The notes under the pieces: generated by a model
Databases searched by the model: none
What the model saw: the letters and a program-made list of their open reading frames with translations, nothing else
What the model was told of the DNA's origin: nothing
Shown here: positions 8,906 through 17,834 of the stretch, piece by piece
Layout: every line of letters begins with the position of its first letter
Position numbering within the stretch: the first letter of the stretch is position 1
IMG/VR virus record: IMGVR_UViG_3300036834_000211
Location: 1 to 64,000 of that record
Direction: 5' to 3' (one strand)
DNA from: a virus
DNA: 64,000 bases
Translations under genes and position numbers: made by a program

Positions 8906-10306
8906 GTGCTAATAGCCTTCGTCACTACGTGCAAGAACCGTACCTATCACCTGCGCCAGACCCTGCCGAGGAACCTGGACGACAACCCCGACGCCATCTT
9001 CGTGGTACTGGACTACGGCAGCCCCGACGGCCTCCGCGACTACGTCCGATCCGAGCTGGCCGGGTACGTCGAGCGCGGCACGCTGGTCGTCTACAGCCAC
9101 CGGGACGCGCCGATATTTCACATGGCGCACGCCAAAAACATGGCCGCCCGCTGCGCCATGCGCGAGGGAGCGGACGTGCTCGTCACGCTCGACGCCGACA
9201 ACTACGCCGGTTACCGCGCCGACGCCTACCTGGCCCACAAGTTTGGCGTGATCCCAAACCTGTCCTTCCTGTGCCCGGACGTCAGGGCCATTCCCCCGGT
9301 CGGGCAGCGCTACAACGGCGGGAATCCCACGTGGCTCGGCCGAGGGTTCATGGGACGGCTCGCCATGAGGACCAACGACTTCGTCAAGCTCGGCGGGTAC
9401 AACGAGACCTACGACACCTGGAGGGGGGAGGACATCGACTTGCTCGCCCGCGCCCGCCGCCTGGGCCTCGTGGAGGACTCGATCGACAGCGCGTACCTCA
9501 ACGCCATCTCCCACGACTCCGCGGTGCGCTTCAGCGAGTACCCGCACGCCCAGCAGTACGAGAACGACGACGTGTACTCGCGCGTCCGGCTCTCCTACGA
9601 CACGGTCGTGAACTATGGCAACTTCGGCTGCGGGACCGTCTACCGGAACTTCGTCGAGGAGCCGATCCGTCTCGCTCCGATCCCGACGAGGGTGTTTGGC
9701 GTCGGCATGCAGCGGACCGGGACGTCGTCCCTTTGCGAGGCGCTCCGGATCCTCGGGCACGACAGCGCCCACTGGGAGTCCGGAGAGTGGGCGCGCGCAG
9801 TGTGGCAGGAGATGAACATGTGGGGCAGGTCGAGGACCCTGGAGCGGTTCTACGCTGCCTGCGACAATCCCATCCCACTCGTCTACCGGTGGCTCGACGA
9901 GGCGTATCCCAACTCGAAGTTCGTGCTGACCGTACGCGACGAGGGTGACTGGGTCCGGAGCGTCGAGCGGCTCTGGTCGCACGAGACCAACCCGCGCCGC
10001 TGGACCTGGGACTCAGACGGATTCTCGCACAGGGTCCACTCGATGATCTACGGTCAGCCGACGTTCGACCGCGACGCGTTCCTCGAGCGCTACCGCCAGC
10101 ACAACGCGGAGGTGATGTCGTACTTCCGGGGAAGGCCGCGCGACCTGCTGGTCATGGACATGACCAGCCATCTCCGCAGCCGCTGGCCCGAGCTGTGCGG
10201 TCTCCTCGGGGTTGACCGGATACCGGATGTCCCGTATCCCAGCGAGAACGGGACGGACGCGACTAGCGGCAAGCTGCCTGCGTATAATGCTCTGGGATTG
10301 ACCTAA
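8906..10306 (+). CDS. GT-A glycosyltransferase (GT2/GT7-C-like) fused to a sulfotransferase-family domain
   Basis: TTCKNR, VVLDYGS, LDADN, GGYNE..WRGEDIDL; then GVGMQRTGTSSL, YPNSKFVLTVRD, HNAEV...WPELCGLLG. Confidence 0.85.
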   Translation: MLIAFVTTCKNRTYHLRQTLPRNLDDNPDAIFVVLDYGSPDGLRDYVRSELAGYVERGTLVVYSHRDAPIFHMAHAKNMAARCAMREGADVLVTLDADNYAGYRADAYLAHKFGVIPNLSFLCPDVRAIPPVGQRYNGGNPTWLGRGFMGRLAMRTNDFVKLGGYNETYDTWRGEDIDLLARARRLGLVEDSIDSAYLNAISHDSAVRFSEYPHAQQYENDDVYSRVRLSYDTVVNYGNFGCGTVYRNFVEEPIRLAPIPTRVFGVGMQRTGTSSLCEALRILGHDSAHWESGEWARAVWQEMNMWGRSRTLERFYAACDNPIPLVYRWLDEAYPNSKFVLTVRDEGDWVRSVERLWSHETNPRRWTWDSDGFSHRVHSMIYGQPTFDRDAFLERYRQHNAEVMSYFRGRPRDLLVMDMTSHLRSRWPELCGLLGVDRIPDVPYPSENGTDATSGKLPAYNALGLT

Positions 10307-10331
10307 CAAGACCGGACAAAAAAGATCACAC

Positions 10332-11390
10332 ATGAATCCACACCGCAGCTACATCAAGTTTCCTCGGTTCTTGGCTTCCGCCTCTCCGTGGACCGTGCCT
10401 GATATCGCCCCCGAGTACGGCTTCCCGCTCGGTACCATGCCGGGCGGCGGGATCATAGCTATCGGCTCGCTCGGTGGTGGGTACCAGCCTACCGATCTGA
10501 GGCAGAACTTCGCGGCCCTCGGCCTCCCCGCTCCTACCGTCGTCGACGTGTCGGTAAGGGGGGCCACTAACTCGCCGGGCAATGCCGCCGACGTCGAGAA
10601 CATGCTGGACCTGGTAATGGCCGGGTCCGCGTACGCCGTCCTGACCGGCCAATCTGCGTTGATACGCTTCTACTCGGCCCCGAACGACGGAACCGCCATC
10701 CAGGACGTCACCAGGCAGGCGGCGATGGACGGAGTGGACGTGCTCTCGTGGTCCTGGGGCCAACCCGAGGTGGGCTGGGGTAAGCAGGCCCTCGACGACA
10801 TGGAGCTAGCTGCCGTTGTGGCTACGCTTGCTGGTACTGTAGTTACCGCCGCCGCCGGCGACAACGACTCCGGCGACGGCGCCTCCGGCTCCAACGTCGA
10901 CGCCCCGGCCAGCTGCCCCCACGTAGTTGGGTGCGGCGGCACCATGCGGCCCCACGGGACTACGAGTCACGCGCAGGAGATCGTCTGGAACGACAACCCC
11001 GGTCAGTCCAACGGCGAGGGTACGGGTGGCGGTTGGTCTAATCACTTCCCCGAGCAGCCCTGGCAGCTCGGTGCACCTCACGGTTCGGGTCGCATGGTCC
11101 CAGACCTCGCGGCTAACGCCGATCCGAATACTGGTTGGAAGCTGTACGTCCAGGGCCGGTGGATAGTGGTTGGCGGGACCTCCGCAGTGGCTCCGCTCAC
11201 GGCTGGCGAGTTCGCCTCATTCGGCAGGAAGCTGGGCTGGGTTCTCCCAAAACTGTGGACGTTCCACATGGCGTTCTGGGACGTCACCAGGGGCAACAAC
11301 GGCATGAACCGAGCGCTGGTCGGTCCCGACGCCTGCTCGGGCCTCGGCGTCCCGCGTGTCGGCCGCCTGGCTACCCACTTTCGCAAATGA
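10332..11390 (+). CDS. S53 (sedolisin/kumamolisin-like) serine-carboxyl peptidase, catalytic domain only
   Basis: ENMLD (ExxxD), SWSWG, AAAGDNDS, PAS.PHVVGCGGT, RMVPDLAANADP, GGTSAVAP. Confidence 0.9.
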   Translation: MNPHRSYIKFPRFLASASPWTVPDIAPEYGFPLGTMPGGGIIAIGSLGGGYQPTDLRQNFAALGLPAPTVVDVSVRGATNSPGNAADVENMLDLVMAGSAYAVLTGQSALIRFYSAPNDGTAIQDVTRQAAMDGVDVLSWSWGQPEVGWGKQALDDMELAAVVATLAGTVVTAAAGDNDSGDGASGSNVDAPASCPHVVGCGGTMRPHGTTSHAQEIVWNDNPGQSNGEGTGGGWSNHFPEQPWQLGAPHGSGRMVPDLAANADPNTGWKLYVQGRWIVVGGTSAVAPLTAGEFASFGRKLGWVLPKLWTFHMAFWDVTRGNNGMNRALVGPDACSGLGVPRVGRLATHFRK

Positions 11391-11974
11391 TCGACGCGAT
11401 CGTCGACCTCTCCCACTGGCAGACCCCGGTCGACTTCGTCGCGCTGAGGAACTCCGGCATCCTCGCGGTGATCCTCAAGGCGACTCAAGGTAGCTCGTGG
11501 GTCGATGCGACGTTTATTCAGAAGCTCCTCGCGGCCCACTCGGCTGGCCTCCTCCTGGGGGCCTACCACTTCGCCGACGCTACTCCGCCGGTGGCTCAGG
11601 TGGACAACTTCCTCACACATGCTAGCGGCATTCAGTTTCTTGCCACTGACTTCGAGGCCAACGGTATGGGTGGTACGGTCTCGACGGCGCAGGCCGCGGA
11701 GATCGTGGCTCGGATCCACTCCGCCCGCGGGCGGACGCCGACGGTGTACATCAATAAGTACGGTCCGAGCGGCAACGACGCCGGGCTGCCGAATTCGATA
11801 CTCAGCCGGTGCGACCTGTGGGTAGCGAAGTACACCACGTCGGCCGTACTACGTCCCACGGACCTGCCGCCCGGCTGGACCAACTGGCGTCTGTGGCAGC
11901 ACGTCGACGCCCCCCTCGACCGCTCTCGGTTCAACGGGACCGCGGACGAGCTGAAGACTTACTGGGATAGTTAG
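11387..11974 (+). CDS. Endolysin, GH25 muramidase
   Basis: ATGA overlap. DLSHWQ, KATQG, GAYHF, DFE, LWVAKY, WRLWQH. Confidence 0.92.
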   Translation: MIDAIVDLSHWQTPVDFVALRNSGILAVILKATQGSSWVDATFIQKLLAAHSAGLLLGAYHFADATPPVAQVDNFLTHASGIQFLATDFEANGMGGTVSTAQAAEIVARIHSARGRTPTVYINKYGPSGNDAGLPNSILSRCDLWVAKYTTSAVLRPTDLPPGWTNWRLWQHVDAPLDRSRFNGTADELKTYWDS

Positions 11975-11979
11975 AGAAA

Positions 11980-12177
11980 GTGACTGCTCGCGCTGCCGAC
12001 GACTACGATGCGATCCGTGCTCGCATCCACGAGCTGAGGAACGACTGTGCTGATGATCCAGCGCCCAAGACCGATGGGCGCGTGTGCTTCTGCAGTCGAC
12101 TTCTGGCATACTGCCTAGGTGAAGAATGCGCGCGCCTGCCCGGCCGGCGCAAACCGGGAGAGAATCCCACATCATGA
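11980..12177 (+). CDS. Hypothetical protein
   Basis: Short ORF filling the gap between the lysin and holin candidates. Confidence 0.5.
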   Translation: MTARAADDYDAIRARIHELRNDCADDPAPKTDGRVCFCSRLLAYCLGEECARLPGRRKPGENPTS

Positions 12178-12197
12178 GAATGAGAGACGGCACTTAG

Positions 12198-12389
12198 ATG
12201 AAGGACAGCGTCTACTTCAAGGTCGTCGTGACGGTGTTGATAAGCGCCGTCATCCCGATCGCCACCGCCGTGATGTCGGTGCCCGCCGATCAGCCGTTCA
12301 CGACCCGCAGTATCATCGTCATCTGCGCGGGTGGCGTACTCGCTGCGTGCCACACCGTCCAGAAGATGCTGGAGACACCTCCGTCGTGA
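12198..12389 (+). CDS. Putative holin
   Basis: 63 aa with two hydrophobic segments, near the endolysin. Confidence 0.55.
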   Translation: MKDSVYFKVVVTVLISAVIPIATAVMSVPADQPFTTRSIIVICAGGVLAACHTVQKMLETPPS

Positions 12390-13204
12390 TAGAGTTCTAT
12401 TACTGCGCAACATGCAACAAAACCACTCGGCACGACCATCCCCACGATGCAGCCCACGGCATCGAGGGCACGCACATGGCCAACACGGAGCGCTTCGTCT
12501 GCTCGGAGTGCGAGAGGGTCACGTACGCCTCGTCCGGAGCCGAGTCTGGCTTCAGGTTTCTCCTGGACAAGGTGTGCCCGGTGCTGCTCCCACTACTCAC
12601 CGTCCTGGCTCTCTCCGCTTGCGCCGGCCAGCAGCTGACTCCTCCCCCGCAGCCCACTGCCGCGTACGTCGAGGCCGCGCTGACCGACCTCGCTCAGATA
12701 CAGGGAACTCCCCTCCAGGTGTGGCGCGCCGGCAACGGCGCGGTCCGTGCGGCCTGCTATGCCTACTTGAACCAAGCTGCTTCACGCAACGCGAGCATCA
12801 GCTTCGGCAGTTCCGCTGCGGGGGTTCTGGGTGCCGGTCTGTCGGTCGTCAACCCACTGGCCGGCGTCGCCTCGTCGCTGGTGCAGACGCTCCTAACTGC
12901 CTTCCAGTCGAGTGGAGCCATTCCATACACGACCGAGACGTCGACGATCATCGTCAACGCGATGAACGCGGAGGAGGACGCCGTCGAGGCGTCGCCTCCG
13001 GCCGATGCGGCGCAGGCACTGAGTTACGTCAACGATCAGTGGTTTAACTGCTCCGCCGGCGGATACCAGATCTTGGTGACTAAGAGCATCGCCACCGCGC
13101 AGATCGGGGTCGCGACAACCAGGGTCGCCCCGCTCCAGTCTCGCGCGGCCGGAGGAGGTATAATGGGCGTGGGCCGACCGGTAATAACGGTTAACGGACG
13201 GTGA
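12386..13204 (+). CDS. Zn-ribbon-like N-domain followed in frame by a putative lipoprotein
   Basis: GTGA overlap with GGAG upstream. CATC...CSEC, then LLPLLTVLALSA|C lipobox and a Gly-zipper-like segment. Confidence 0.6.
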   Translation: MIEFYYCATCNKTTRHDHPHDAAHGIEGTHMANTERFVCSECERVTYASSGAESGFRFLLDKVCPVLLPLLTVLALSACAGQQLTPPPQPTAAYVEAALTDLAQIQGTPLQVWRAGNGAVRAACYAYLNQAASRNASISFGSSAAGVLGAGLSVVNPLAGVASSLVQTLLTAFQSSGAIPYTTETSTIIVNAMNAEEDAVEASPPADAAQALSYVNDQWFNCSAGGYQILVTKSIATAQIGVATTRVAPLQSRAAGGGIMGVGRPVITVNGR

Positions 13205-13216
13205 CTGAGGAGAACA

Positions 13217-13405
13217 ATGATGACACACAGCGCGGAGGTCATCAACCTGGCGAGTGTCAAGGCCAAGCGAGAGCGAATCAGGCGGCAGACCCCGGAGGGT
13301 CTCGTGGTGTCTGGGTGGCTGCTCGCCTCCATGGGGCTCGGAGTGATCGTGTGGGTCGGTGCGTGGATGATCGCGATGGGGATGTGGGGTATGGTGTCGG
13401 ATTGA
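13217..13405 (+). CDS. Small membrane protein
   Basis: Basic N-terminus and hydrophobic C-terminal half. Confidence 0.5.
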   Translation: MMTHSAEVINLASVKAKRERIRRQTPEGLVVSGWLLASMGLGVIVWVGAWMIAMGMWGMVSD

Positions 13406-14301
13406 TCGAGTCTCAAATCGACCTACTGCTGTACTGGGTGCGCGAGCGCGAGAAGATCCGCGTTCTCAAGGAATCCGGCCTGCCCCCACCCTGGACGTCC
13501 GATCTGATCTTCCGAGAGTGGAAGTTCTGCAACGTTCGGCGTGAGGACGACCGCGTTACCCGCTGGATCAAGTCGGAGATCCGCGATCGGTTCGCCGGCC
13601 ACGAGCATCTCTGGTTCATGCTCTGCGCGGCGCGGATGATCAATTGGCCCGACACCCTCGACGTGCTGATGGGTAGCTCGCTGGCAAAGAGGTATCCCAA
13701 CGCGTGGCCGGACTCCCCGGACTTCGTACCAGCGCGCATGGGTGACGCCCTCGAGGACCTTAAGTTGCTAAACCTGAAGGTCTTCACCGGGGCCTACATC
13801 GTTCCCGCCCCGACCATGTCAGGTCAGACCAAGGGCAGGTACGTCGCGGAGCAGGTGCTGGGCAACCTGTGGTGCAGTGAGCCGCTGAGGAAGTGGTTTG
13901 CCTCTCCGGTGGGCAGGACCCTGGAGCGCACGCACCTCATGCTGACCTCCTATCGGGGCTGGGGTCCCTTCCTCGCCTACCAGGCGGTGGTGGACATGCG
14001 CTTCACATCGCTGCTGTCCTCCGCGCCCGACGTCGGGACGTGGTGCGCCTGCGGACCGGGGACGATCAGGGGGCTCAATAGGCTTGCCGGACGTCCACTG
14101 GCTGCCCAACCCAATCGAGACCAGCTCTTGCGAGAGGTCCTCGAGCTCTACCCGATCGTCGTACGTGCGACCCGAGTGTCGATGGACCTGAGCGACGTGC
14201 CGAACGTCCTCTGCGAGTTCGACAAGTACTCGCGCGTGAAGCTGTGCCAGGGGACGCCCCGCGCTAGGTACTCGGCGGTAGCAGTCCACGCGCTGTTCTG
14301 A
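13402..14301 (+). CDS. aGPT-Pplase1-family amino acid/amine:DNA transferase (thymidine hypermodification)
   Basis: EREKIR..K..G.PPPWT.D.IFR.WKFCNVRREDDRVT, FTGAY, G.GPFLAYQ..VD, GPGT.RGL, LCEFDKY. TTGA overlap start. Confidence 0.8.
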   Translation: MIESQIDLLLYWVREREKIRVLKESGLPPPWTSDLIFREWKFCNVRREDDRVTRWIKSEIRDRFAGHEHLWFMLCAARMINWPDTLDVLMGSSLAKRYPNAWPDSPDFVPARMGDALEDLKLLNLKVFTGAYIVPAPTMSGQTKGRYVAEQVLGNLWCSEPLRKWFASPVGRTLERTHLMLTSYRGWGPFLAYQAVVDMRFTSLLSSAPDVGTWCACGPGTIRGLNRLAGRPLAAQPNRDQLLREVLELYPIVVRATRVSMDLSDVPNVLCEFDKYSRVKLCQGTPRARYSAVAVHALF

Positions 14302-14315
14302 GGGGGGTTTCCCAC

Positions 14316-14630
14316 ATGCCGATGTCTCCCGCCGACGTCCAGAAGTACGACCGATTCCGCGGGGGCGCTCGAGCCCGCGGTTACGATGCTGACTGGGACC
14401 GAGCTAGGAGGGCCCACGCCGCGGTTGAGCCCCTGTGCCGGCGTTGTGCCCAGCGCGGCTTGGACGTGCCCATGAGCGTGGTCGACCATATCGTCCCTAT
14501 CCCCGTGGCCCCCGAGCTCCGCCTCGAGGACGGCAACTTGCAGAGCCTATGCCACACTTGTCACTCTGCCAAGTCTCGGGAGGATCGCAGGCGATGGCCG
14601 CTGCTGGTTGGACGAGCGTGGGCGCTGTGA
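14316..14630 (+). CDS. Terminase-associated HNH endonuclease
   Basis: RGYDADW, LCRRC, VDHIVP, NLQSLCHTCHSAK; upstream of the terminase genes. Confidence 0.9.
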   Translation: MPMSPADVQKYDRFRGGARARGYDADWDRARRAHAAVEPLCRRCAQRGLDVPMSVVDHIVPIPVAPELRLEDGNLQSLCHTCHSAKSREDRRRWPLLVGRAWAL

Positions 14631-14866
14631 CGGACTGTCAGCTCGTCAGGCGCGCTCTCTGCGATGCGATCAACTGGCAGGAGAGTCTGGCCAGTGCGTA
14701 CTTCAAGGGAGCACCCGAGCACACCGAGGCGACGGACCTAGCTAGGTCCTACCGCAGGTTGATGAAGAAGCGATATGGTGAGTCTCGCCTGCCGATGGAG
14801 ATCGCCACCGAGGGGATGGAGTCCATCAGCATCCAGGAGCTGTCACGGCGCCGGTCCGGCTCATGA
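14627..14866 (+). CDS. Hypothetical protein
   Basis: GTGA and ATGA overlaps on both sides. Confidence 0.55.
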   Translation: MTDCQLVRRALCDAINWQESLASAYFKGAPEHTEATDLARSYRRLMKKRYGESRLPMEIATEGMESISIQELSRRRSGS

Positions 14867-15846
14867 GGAGGACGCCCAGGTTCCGCCGGCGTACTCCCTT
14901 ACCCCCACCGGGTCAGCAGGTCAGGACCACCGGCTTGATCAAGGTGGGAGGCGAGTGGCTGCCACCCAGGGACGCCGGATTCCTGACTGAATATCTAAAG
15001 CATTTCAATGGGATGCGGGCTGCTCAATCCCTCGGAATAGTGCCGGGGACGTCTGGCTTCGCAGCGACGGAGTTTCTGAGGAAGCCTAAGGTTAGACTCG
15101 CTCTGAGGGGAGCGCTCGAGGAGAGGCGGATCAGGGCTGATGTCCAGGTCGACGAGGTTGCCAGATACTGGTACGACATCGCCACAGCAGACCCCAGGGA
15201 GCTGTCGCAGATCGTCTACGTCCCATGCAGATACTGCTGGGGCATTGATCACCAGTACCAGTTCACGGACGGCGAGATGCGGACCGCCGGACAGGCTCAC
15301 CTGTCTCAGCAGTTGAGGATCCCCATCGGCGATCGTATTCCGTTCGACGAGCTGGGTGGAGCGGGCTACACGATCAATCGGTATCCGATGCGCGGACCGG
15401 ACTGGGCGTCCAGGATCGAGCGGATATACGCCGCCATGGGCGTCCCCATATCGGAGGGCCTGGAGGCGAATTCAGATCACTCCTGCCCGGAGTGTCACGG
15501 CGATGGGGAGCACAGAGTCTGGATTGCCGACACGCGCCACCTGTCTAAGGCGGCTGCCCGCCTGTACTCCGGCGTCCGCGTCACCCGGGAGTCGGTCGAG
15601 GTCAAGACACTCGATCGGATCGCTGCCATGGACAAGTTCGAGCAGCTGACCGGGATGATCAAGCCGAGGCGGATGAAGTTTGGATTCAACCTGGATGAGC
15701 TCAACGCCGAGGAGCTGGACGCGCTGCTCGACGAGGCTCGGAGCCGGGGGCTGCTCAGCGACGACGAGATCACCCGCGGACAACTCATCGACGCGACGCC
15801 GTCTCAGTCCGGGGGCCAGCGTACACCAGTTGAGGAGGAGGAATGA
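14863..15846 (+). CDS. terS: Terminase small subunit with Cys-rich insertion
   Basis: EYLKHFNG.RAA, IATADPREL, CRYCWG..HQYQFT, CPECHGDG. Confidence 0.8.
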   Translation: MRRTPRFRRRTPLPPPGQQVRTTGLIKVGGEWLPPRDAGFLTEYLKHFNGMRAAQSLGIVPGTSGFAATEFLRKPKVRLALRGALEERRIRADVQVDEVARYWYDIATADPRELSQIVYVPCRYCWGIDHQYQFTDGEMRTAGQAHLSQQLRIPIGDRIPFDELGGAGYTINRYPMRGPDWASRIERIYAAMGVPISEGLEANSDHSCPECHGDGEHRVWIADTRHLSKAAARLYSGVRVTRESVEVKTLDRIAAMDKFEQLTGMIKPRRMKFGFNLDELNAEELDALLDEARSRGLLSDDEITRGQLIDATPSQSGGQRTPVEEEE

Positions 15847-16190
15847 AACTAGACCGCAACATACCGGGTAACGGTGGGCGCGGGAAGTACGCGCTGTTGC
15901 TCATCCGACGGCTCACCGAGATACGATCAGGTAATCTGGCCCTCGGGGTACCCATCGGTGCAGTCGAGGAGGCCGTCCGGCTCCTCGACAGCGTCGGCGC
16001 GATCGACTGGGGCGAGGTCGGCTCCGACGGCGAGTTCTTCCTGATTCGGCTCAAGGACGCCCACGCCGGGGTCGCGCTGTCGGCCTACGCGATGCACGCG
16101 ACGGCGAGTGACCTGGAGTACGCGCGAGACGTGTTGGAACTCGCTCAGCGCGCCGGGAAGAACCACCCCGGCTGCAAGATGCCGGATTGA
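15843..16190 (+). CDS. Hypothetical phage protein
   Basis: ATGA overlap with RBS, between terS and terL. Confidence 0.65.
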   Translation: MKLDRNIPGNGGRGKYALLLIRRLTEIRSGNLALGVPIGAVEEAVRLLDSVGAIDWGEVGSDGEFFLIRLKDAHAGVALSAYAMHATASDLEYARDVLELAQRAGKNHPGCKMPD

Positions 16191-17834
16191 GTGACCGACC
16201 TCGGAACCATAGACCGCCGCGACAAGCTGGCGCTCCTGGCGGGAGCGGCAAGCCGCAAGCGCCTGGGCGTCCTGTCGCCGGCCAACGCTCGGGCGAGGGC
16301 CGAGCGCGATGCCTGGATAGAGCAGTGCCGGACCGACCTCCACAGCATGTCAGTCGAGGCGCTCCGTCACCTGCCTCCCCCTCCGAGACTGAGGGAGGTG
16401 ACGATACTGCCCGCTCGTCACCATCGGCTGGTGATCTCCGAGTTGGAGGGAGTGCTAAGCGGACACACCCTGCGCCTGATCCTCGAGGCCCCGCCGGGTA
16501 GTGCCAAGTCCACGTACGCCAGTCTGATCACCCCTCTCGCCGCGTTCCAGCGCAGGCGCAACACGCGGATCATCGGAGCCAGCCACACGTCCGACCTGGC
16601 GCTGGACTTCAGCGGGAAACTCCAGGGCTTGATCACCGACATGGACGCGGCTGGCGTTCTGTCGTACCGACTGAGGTCCGAGAACAAGCAGAGGTGGTAC
16701 ACGACCAACGGTGGGGCCTACCTGGCCGCGGGCGTGGGTCAGGCGATCCCCGGATTCCGCGCCGACCTGGGTATCATCGACGATCCGATCAAGAGTCGTC
16801 AGGCTGCGGACAGCGAGACCGAGCGCAGGCGGGTGTGGGAGTGGTACAACGGCTCCTTCGAGCGCCGCCTGACTCCAGGTGCACCAATCATCATCATCCT
16901 GACGCGCTGGCATGAGGACGACGTCGTCGGTCGCCTGCTCGAGACTCAGTCCGAGCAGTGGCGCGTCGTCAGGCTGCCCGCCGAGGCGGAGGTGCCGTGT
17001 GATCCAGATTGCTCGCTGGAGCACGACCACCTGGATCAAGATCCCCTCGATCGCGAGCCGGGCGAATGGTTGTGGGACGACGACGACTACGGCTACGGAG
17101 CCGAGCTGTCCCTGATCAAGGACAACCTGATCGCCTCAGGCGAGATCCGAGAGTGGGAGAGCCAGTACCAGCAGCACCCGCGCCCGCGGGAGGGCTCGGT
17201 ATTCAAGATCGGGATGATTGGTGTACTACCGACTGCCCCGGCCGGGGGCAAGACGGTCCGTGCGTACGACCTCGCCGCGACGAAGGACACGGGTACGCGA
17301 GATCAGGCGTGGACCCGAGGTGTCAAGCTGACCCTTCACCCCAGTCGGCGTTTGGTAGTCGAGGACGTGTGCAGCGTCCGGGGCGGGCCCGACGACGTGG
17401 ATCGGTTGATGATCAACACGGCCGGCCAGGACGGGCACAAGGTCAAGATCGGAATCCCCCAGGATCCGGGACAAGCCGGGAAGTCCCAGGTCCTGTACTA
17501 CGCTAAGCAGCTCCACGGCTTCGTCGTCGAGTCCTCGCCGGAGACTGGTGACAAGGAGGAGCGCGCTCGGCCGATCGCCAGTCAGATCAACGTCGGTAAC
17601 CTTGACGTCGTGGCTGGTCCGTGGAACCGGGCATTCCTCCACGAGCTGGGGGCGTTCCCGGCCGGTGGGACGAAGGATCAGGTGGACGCCCTGTCGCGCG
17701 CCTACAGTATGTTACTGGAGACTGGGAAGCCGCTAATCCTGTCTGCCCAGGCTCGGCAGAGGCTCGCGGACGTCCCAGCTAGGAGCAGGTTTGCGGGAAC
17801 TCCGACGCGGAGCAGATTTGCCAGGTCCCGATGA
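16191..17834 (+). CDS. terL: Terminase large subunit
   Basis: APPGSAKST Walker A, IIDDPIK Walker B, TRWHEDD, YQQHP, YDLAAT, KDQVDALS. Confidence 0.95.
   Translation: MTDLGTIDRRDKLALLAGAASRKRLGVLSPANARARAERDAWIEQCRTDLHSMSVEALRHLPPPPRLREVTILPARHHRLVISELEGVLSGHTLRLILEAPPGSAKSTYASLITPLAAFQRRRNTRIIGASHTSDLALDFSGKLQGLITDMDAAGVLSYRLRSENKQRWYTTNGGAYLAAGVGQAIPGFRADLGIIDDPIKSRQAADSETERRRVWEWYNGSFERRLTPGAPIIIILTRWHEDDVVGRLLETQSEQWRVVRLPAEAEVPCDPDCSLEHDHLDQDPLDREPGEWLWDDDDYGYGAELSLIKDNLIASGEIREWESQYQQHPRPREGSVFKIGMIGVLPTAPAGGKTVRAYDLAATKDTGTRDQAWTRGVKLTLHPSRRLVVEDVCSVRGGPDDVDRLMINTAGQDGHKVKIGIPQDPGQAGKSQVLYYAKQLHGFVVESSPETGDKEERARPIASQINVGNLDVVAGPWNRAFLHELGAFPAGGTKDQVDALSRAYSMLLETGKPLILSAQARQRLADVPARSRFAGTPTRSRFARSR

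Noticed and set aside
14316-14630. HNH as a mobile homing endonuclease
   Set aside because: Size and position match ordinary terminase-associated HNH proteins.
16990-17045. CDPDC..HDH insertion in TerL as a mini-intein
   Set aside because: Only about 15 aa, with no splicing motifs.
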